IMG/VR virus record: IMGVR_UViG_3300021478_000036
Coordinates: 1 to 54,389 of that record
Reading direction: 5' to 3' (one strand)
Origin: a virus
Lineage: Duplodnaviria; Caudoviricetes
Length of the DNA: 54,389 nucleotides
The notes under the pieces are model-generated. The model did no database searches. It was not told the DNA's origin and was given only the letters and a program-made list of their open reading frames with translations. The number at the start of each line of letters is the position of its first letter. Position 1 is the stretch's first letter. Position numbers and translations under genes: made by a program. Positions 53,101 to 54,389 of the stretch are shown in pieces.

Positions 53101-54389
53101 TAAGCTGTTGCTTTAGATAATATATCAGATAGCTTTTCAGTTTCCTGTTTGCCGATCTCCGCTGTAGCTTTAGCCATCTTAGCTACAAAATCACGCTTAA
53201 CATTAAGTCGTTCTTCAAAGTCTCTAGCTCTCTGTAATGTCTTCTCAACATATTTACGAAACGGATTGTTCTCGTCTAGCTTACCAAAGAACTTCTCATT
53301 AGCCATACGGAATGTATCTGTAGTCATAAGCTTAGAAGCGAAACTGTAATATGCTTCTGTGCCAATGCCTCTTGGTCTTCTAGCTAGTAGGTCTTCAGCA
53401 CGATCTGATACAGATGCTCCACTCTTTTCGAGTATTGTTTCAGCACTACTAGGATTAGAAGCAGCAGCATGTACAGTATCAACTATACTTTGTTGCGTAT
53501 CGTGTTGCTTTTCTCTAACCGTTTCTATGTTATTAGTGTGTTCATTCATCACCCTAGTCATGTTAGCAAAATCTGTACGAGCAAGCCTGCTACGATGCAT
53601 GAACGCATCATCAGACATTCTTAACATACCATCAAGTATTGTATACCTACTCGCGTCATCCTTGCCGGGTATTTTAAATCCTAGTTTTTCTAGCCCATCT
53701 TTAAATGCCTTAACGGCACCAGCCCACAAGGTCTGTGTACCTTTAGCCCATGCACCCATATCTAAGTCTTCAGCTAACGATTTAGACATTAGTACGCGAG
53801 CCATCTGTCTTTGCACTACAGGATTTGCAAATTCAGCTATAAATTCTTCAACGCCCCCCTTTCTAATATCAATTGTAGGTATTTCATCTTTAGGTAACTT
53901 ATCCATATACTCTTTAAACATTCTATCCATTGTAGTTCTGAAATTTTTATTGACGCTATACAAATGTTGCATCGTTGCGTGCATCATTTCATGCAATAGA
54001 ACTACTTGGTGGGGCATACCAGGTACTGGCTTATCACCCATAAGAATTTGGTTTCTTTGTAAATTATAAAGAGCGCCAGCAGTTTGACTTCCTATGTCAC
54101 CAGTCTTTACATAGTAAACAGGAACATCAGGAAGATATTTTATAGCTTGTTCTGCAAGCTTCCTATAAATTATATACTTAGGATCATCTGGTAAGTCACG
54201 CAATGCTTGTTGTAAAGCTTCTTTAGCTGTAGATGAACCGAGGGTCTTAACCTTGCCGCCGCGTAGTTCTACTTCATTGAATGGATGCTGTCCTTCTGTT
54301 GATGGGTATACAGGTTCGTTCGGATTTCTAGTTTGTTTGAAATGTTCAAAGTCTTGCGGCGACATTTCTTCGACGCCACTAAAACGCAA
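50178..54389 (-). CDS. Giant internal virion (ejection)/polyvalent-type protein, partial, with zincin motif
   Basis: More than 1400 aa and open at the window edge; helical, LLHEMMHA...EEFIAE motif, PYVPL, hydrophobic C-terminal region. Confidence 0.7.
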   Translation of the reverse strand: MRFSGVEEMSPQDFEHFKQTRNPNEPVYPSTEGQHPFNEVELRGGKVKTLGSSTAKEALQQALRDLPDDPKYIIYRKLAEQAIKYLPDVPVYYVKTGDIGSQTAGALYNLQRNQILMGDKPVPGMPHQVVLLHEMMHATMQHLYSVNKNFRTTMDRMFKEYMDKLPKDEIPTIDIRKGGVEEFIAEFANPVVQRQMARVLMSKSLAEDLDMGAWAKGTQTLWAGAVKAFKDGLEKLGFKIPGKDDASRYTILDGMLRMSDDAFMHRSRLARTDFANMTRVMNEHTNNIETVREKQHDTQQSIVDTVHAAASNPSSAETILEKSGASVSDRAEDLLARRPRGIGTEAYYSFASKLMTTDTFRMANEKFFGKLDENNPFRKYVEKTLQRARDFEERLNVKRDFVAKMAKATAEIGKQETEKLSDILSKATAYRFDPRSPIGEGMNGWLKTAADRLAAARAKGEEDPNLFYKHQQAMDKSGELLSAFNALHPKAKEWFGKLVDDYAAKGRERAEIAVDALLHTIDSEGRKFIAEPKLDPTNPKSVDAVEYAKYHNKFETDWDKNKAGLRQRILDDDLTENDTEWLANRGIDTTDDIHALSVPKGPYVPLDHAGDWLINARYKITPPTNGKQINDNTYEFKTPEAMREFLSKQPPNSRPYVVHYNDKGEVTSKAENWQNPDGSMGFAKDNRAWRVEVNDKYYSGHDNLSSAKKRFEELKATGAFAKIAEPALKQTGWYSQMEVASPLFKKLINSIDRRTDYTEDQKKSVKQLLTDTAIGSMEGNRIAKTLLPRKMVAGWDSDFIKTYDKYADMHNALISRNKYAKEMGDIQNEMIQHAKDNEYERGNTERSAILDELHDRDNFFGSPSYVGGEDSKLGKKVAPVLRKAGAISFLNHMVSVGHVITHATHQIITADMVAAKYGGLGTMGEAARLHSILSGAGFKNAWRSVIEAKNVITKDSKGLNYVEGLMDALKSHRYGAELQAFMDKAIATGRVHPDQGFDTSIYHMSSGKLDAWSSKLDRMSRQLLGSTEAYNRVWGHALAYIRAREAGENIEQATRSSFDMVSQSQGLLSRANMSPIMSKWYMRPTMQFRGWGMNMMMNICRSFYNAFKGETREAKVEAWKRIAYLFGTTAALTGVNGLPSDPMRIALALAGALNITNYNWSDAQDAMREKFAELGGSGFANLAMDGLLGSLGPFSFFGADRIGFGSLLVFGEPQSSSLPDFSAWMWGLVGGAPGQTVSNVVHGINDLRQGNYADAIAKLVPLKIINDWAKAWSGYTEGKPTGTGVPGMPPYSTGEAIMQGLGLTPARQERYREARTAELRAEKTSRDEVSQLLNAVGTSNAGPDRLRAMQQVSAYNLQHPEDRITPQDVAKAIRRSTAPSGLGKTLTNRNRERIQQLQNYYGL

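Noticed and set aside
53359-54069. 236-aa plus-strand ORF
   Set aside because: Antisense to the giant virion protein gene; no RBS or motifs.
1-54389. Stop-codon reassignment, diversity-generating retroelement, introns or inteins
   Set aside because: Core genes are intact under the standard code and of normal length; no reverse transcriptase or homing endonuclease was seen, and both tRNAs have sense anticodons.

Overview
The window is most of an AT-rich tailed dsDNA phage genome. It looks podovirus-like (no tape measure or sheath gene seen). The host is probably an alphaproteobacterium, judged from a PEPxxWA-CTERM protein and a DUF3309-like protein. Two arms diverge from a non-coding control region at about 24.0-25.6 kb. 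The minus-strand arm runs terminase large subunit, PEP-CTERM protein, tRNA-Tyr, portal, scaffold, major capsid, adaptors, tail/fibre genes and a GNAT-like protein. It leaves the window at position 1 and appears to resume at the right edge with a giant internal-virion-like protein and a lysis cassette (GH19 endolysin). The plus-strand arm carries sigma70-type early promoters, many small genes, a MoxR-like AAA plus DUF2201/VWA peptidase pair, HTH proteins, a family A DNA polymerase, a Cas4-like nuclease, VRR-NUC, an SNF2 helicase, an SSB-like protein and a primase/DUF927 helicase. No integrase or CRISPR array was seen. The most striking signal is a 16-bp palindrome, TCACTA-N4-TAGTGA, found about 40 times across the whole genome: at stop-codon/RBS junctions, over promoters, and inside coding linkers. 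Other notable items are a complete tRNA-Leu(UAA) inside an open reading frame, an apparently nested (Russian-doll) domain insertion in the tail protein, a shared GGAGCTAC start element, and an RMF-like protein. All calls were made by eye from motifs and synteny; no database searches were run.
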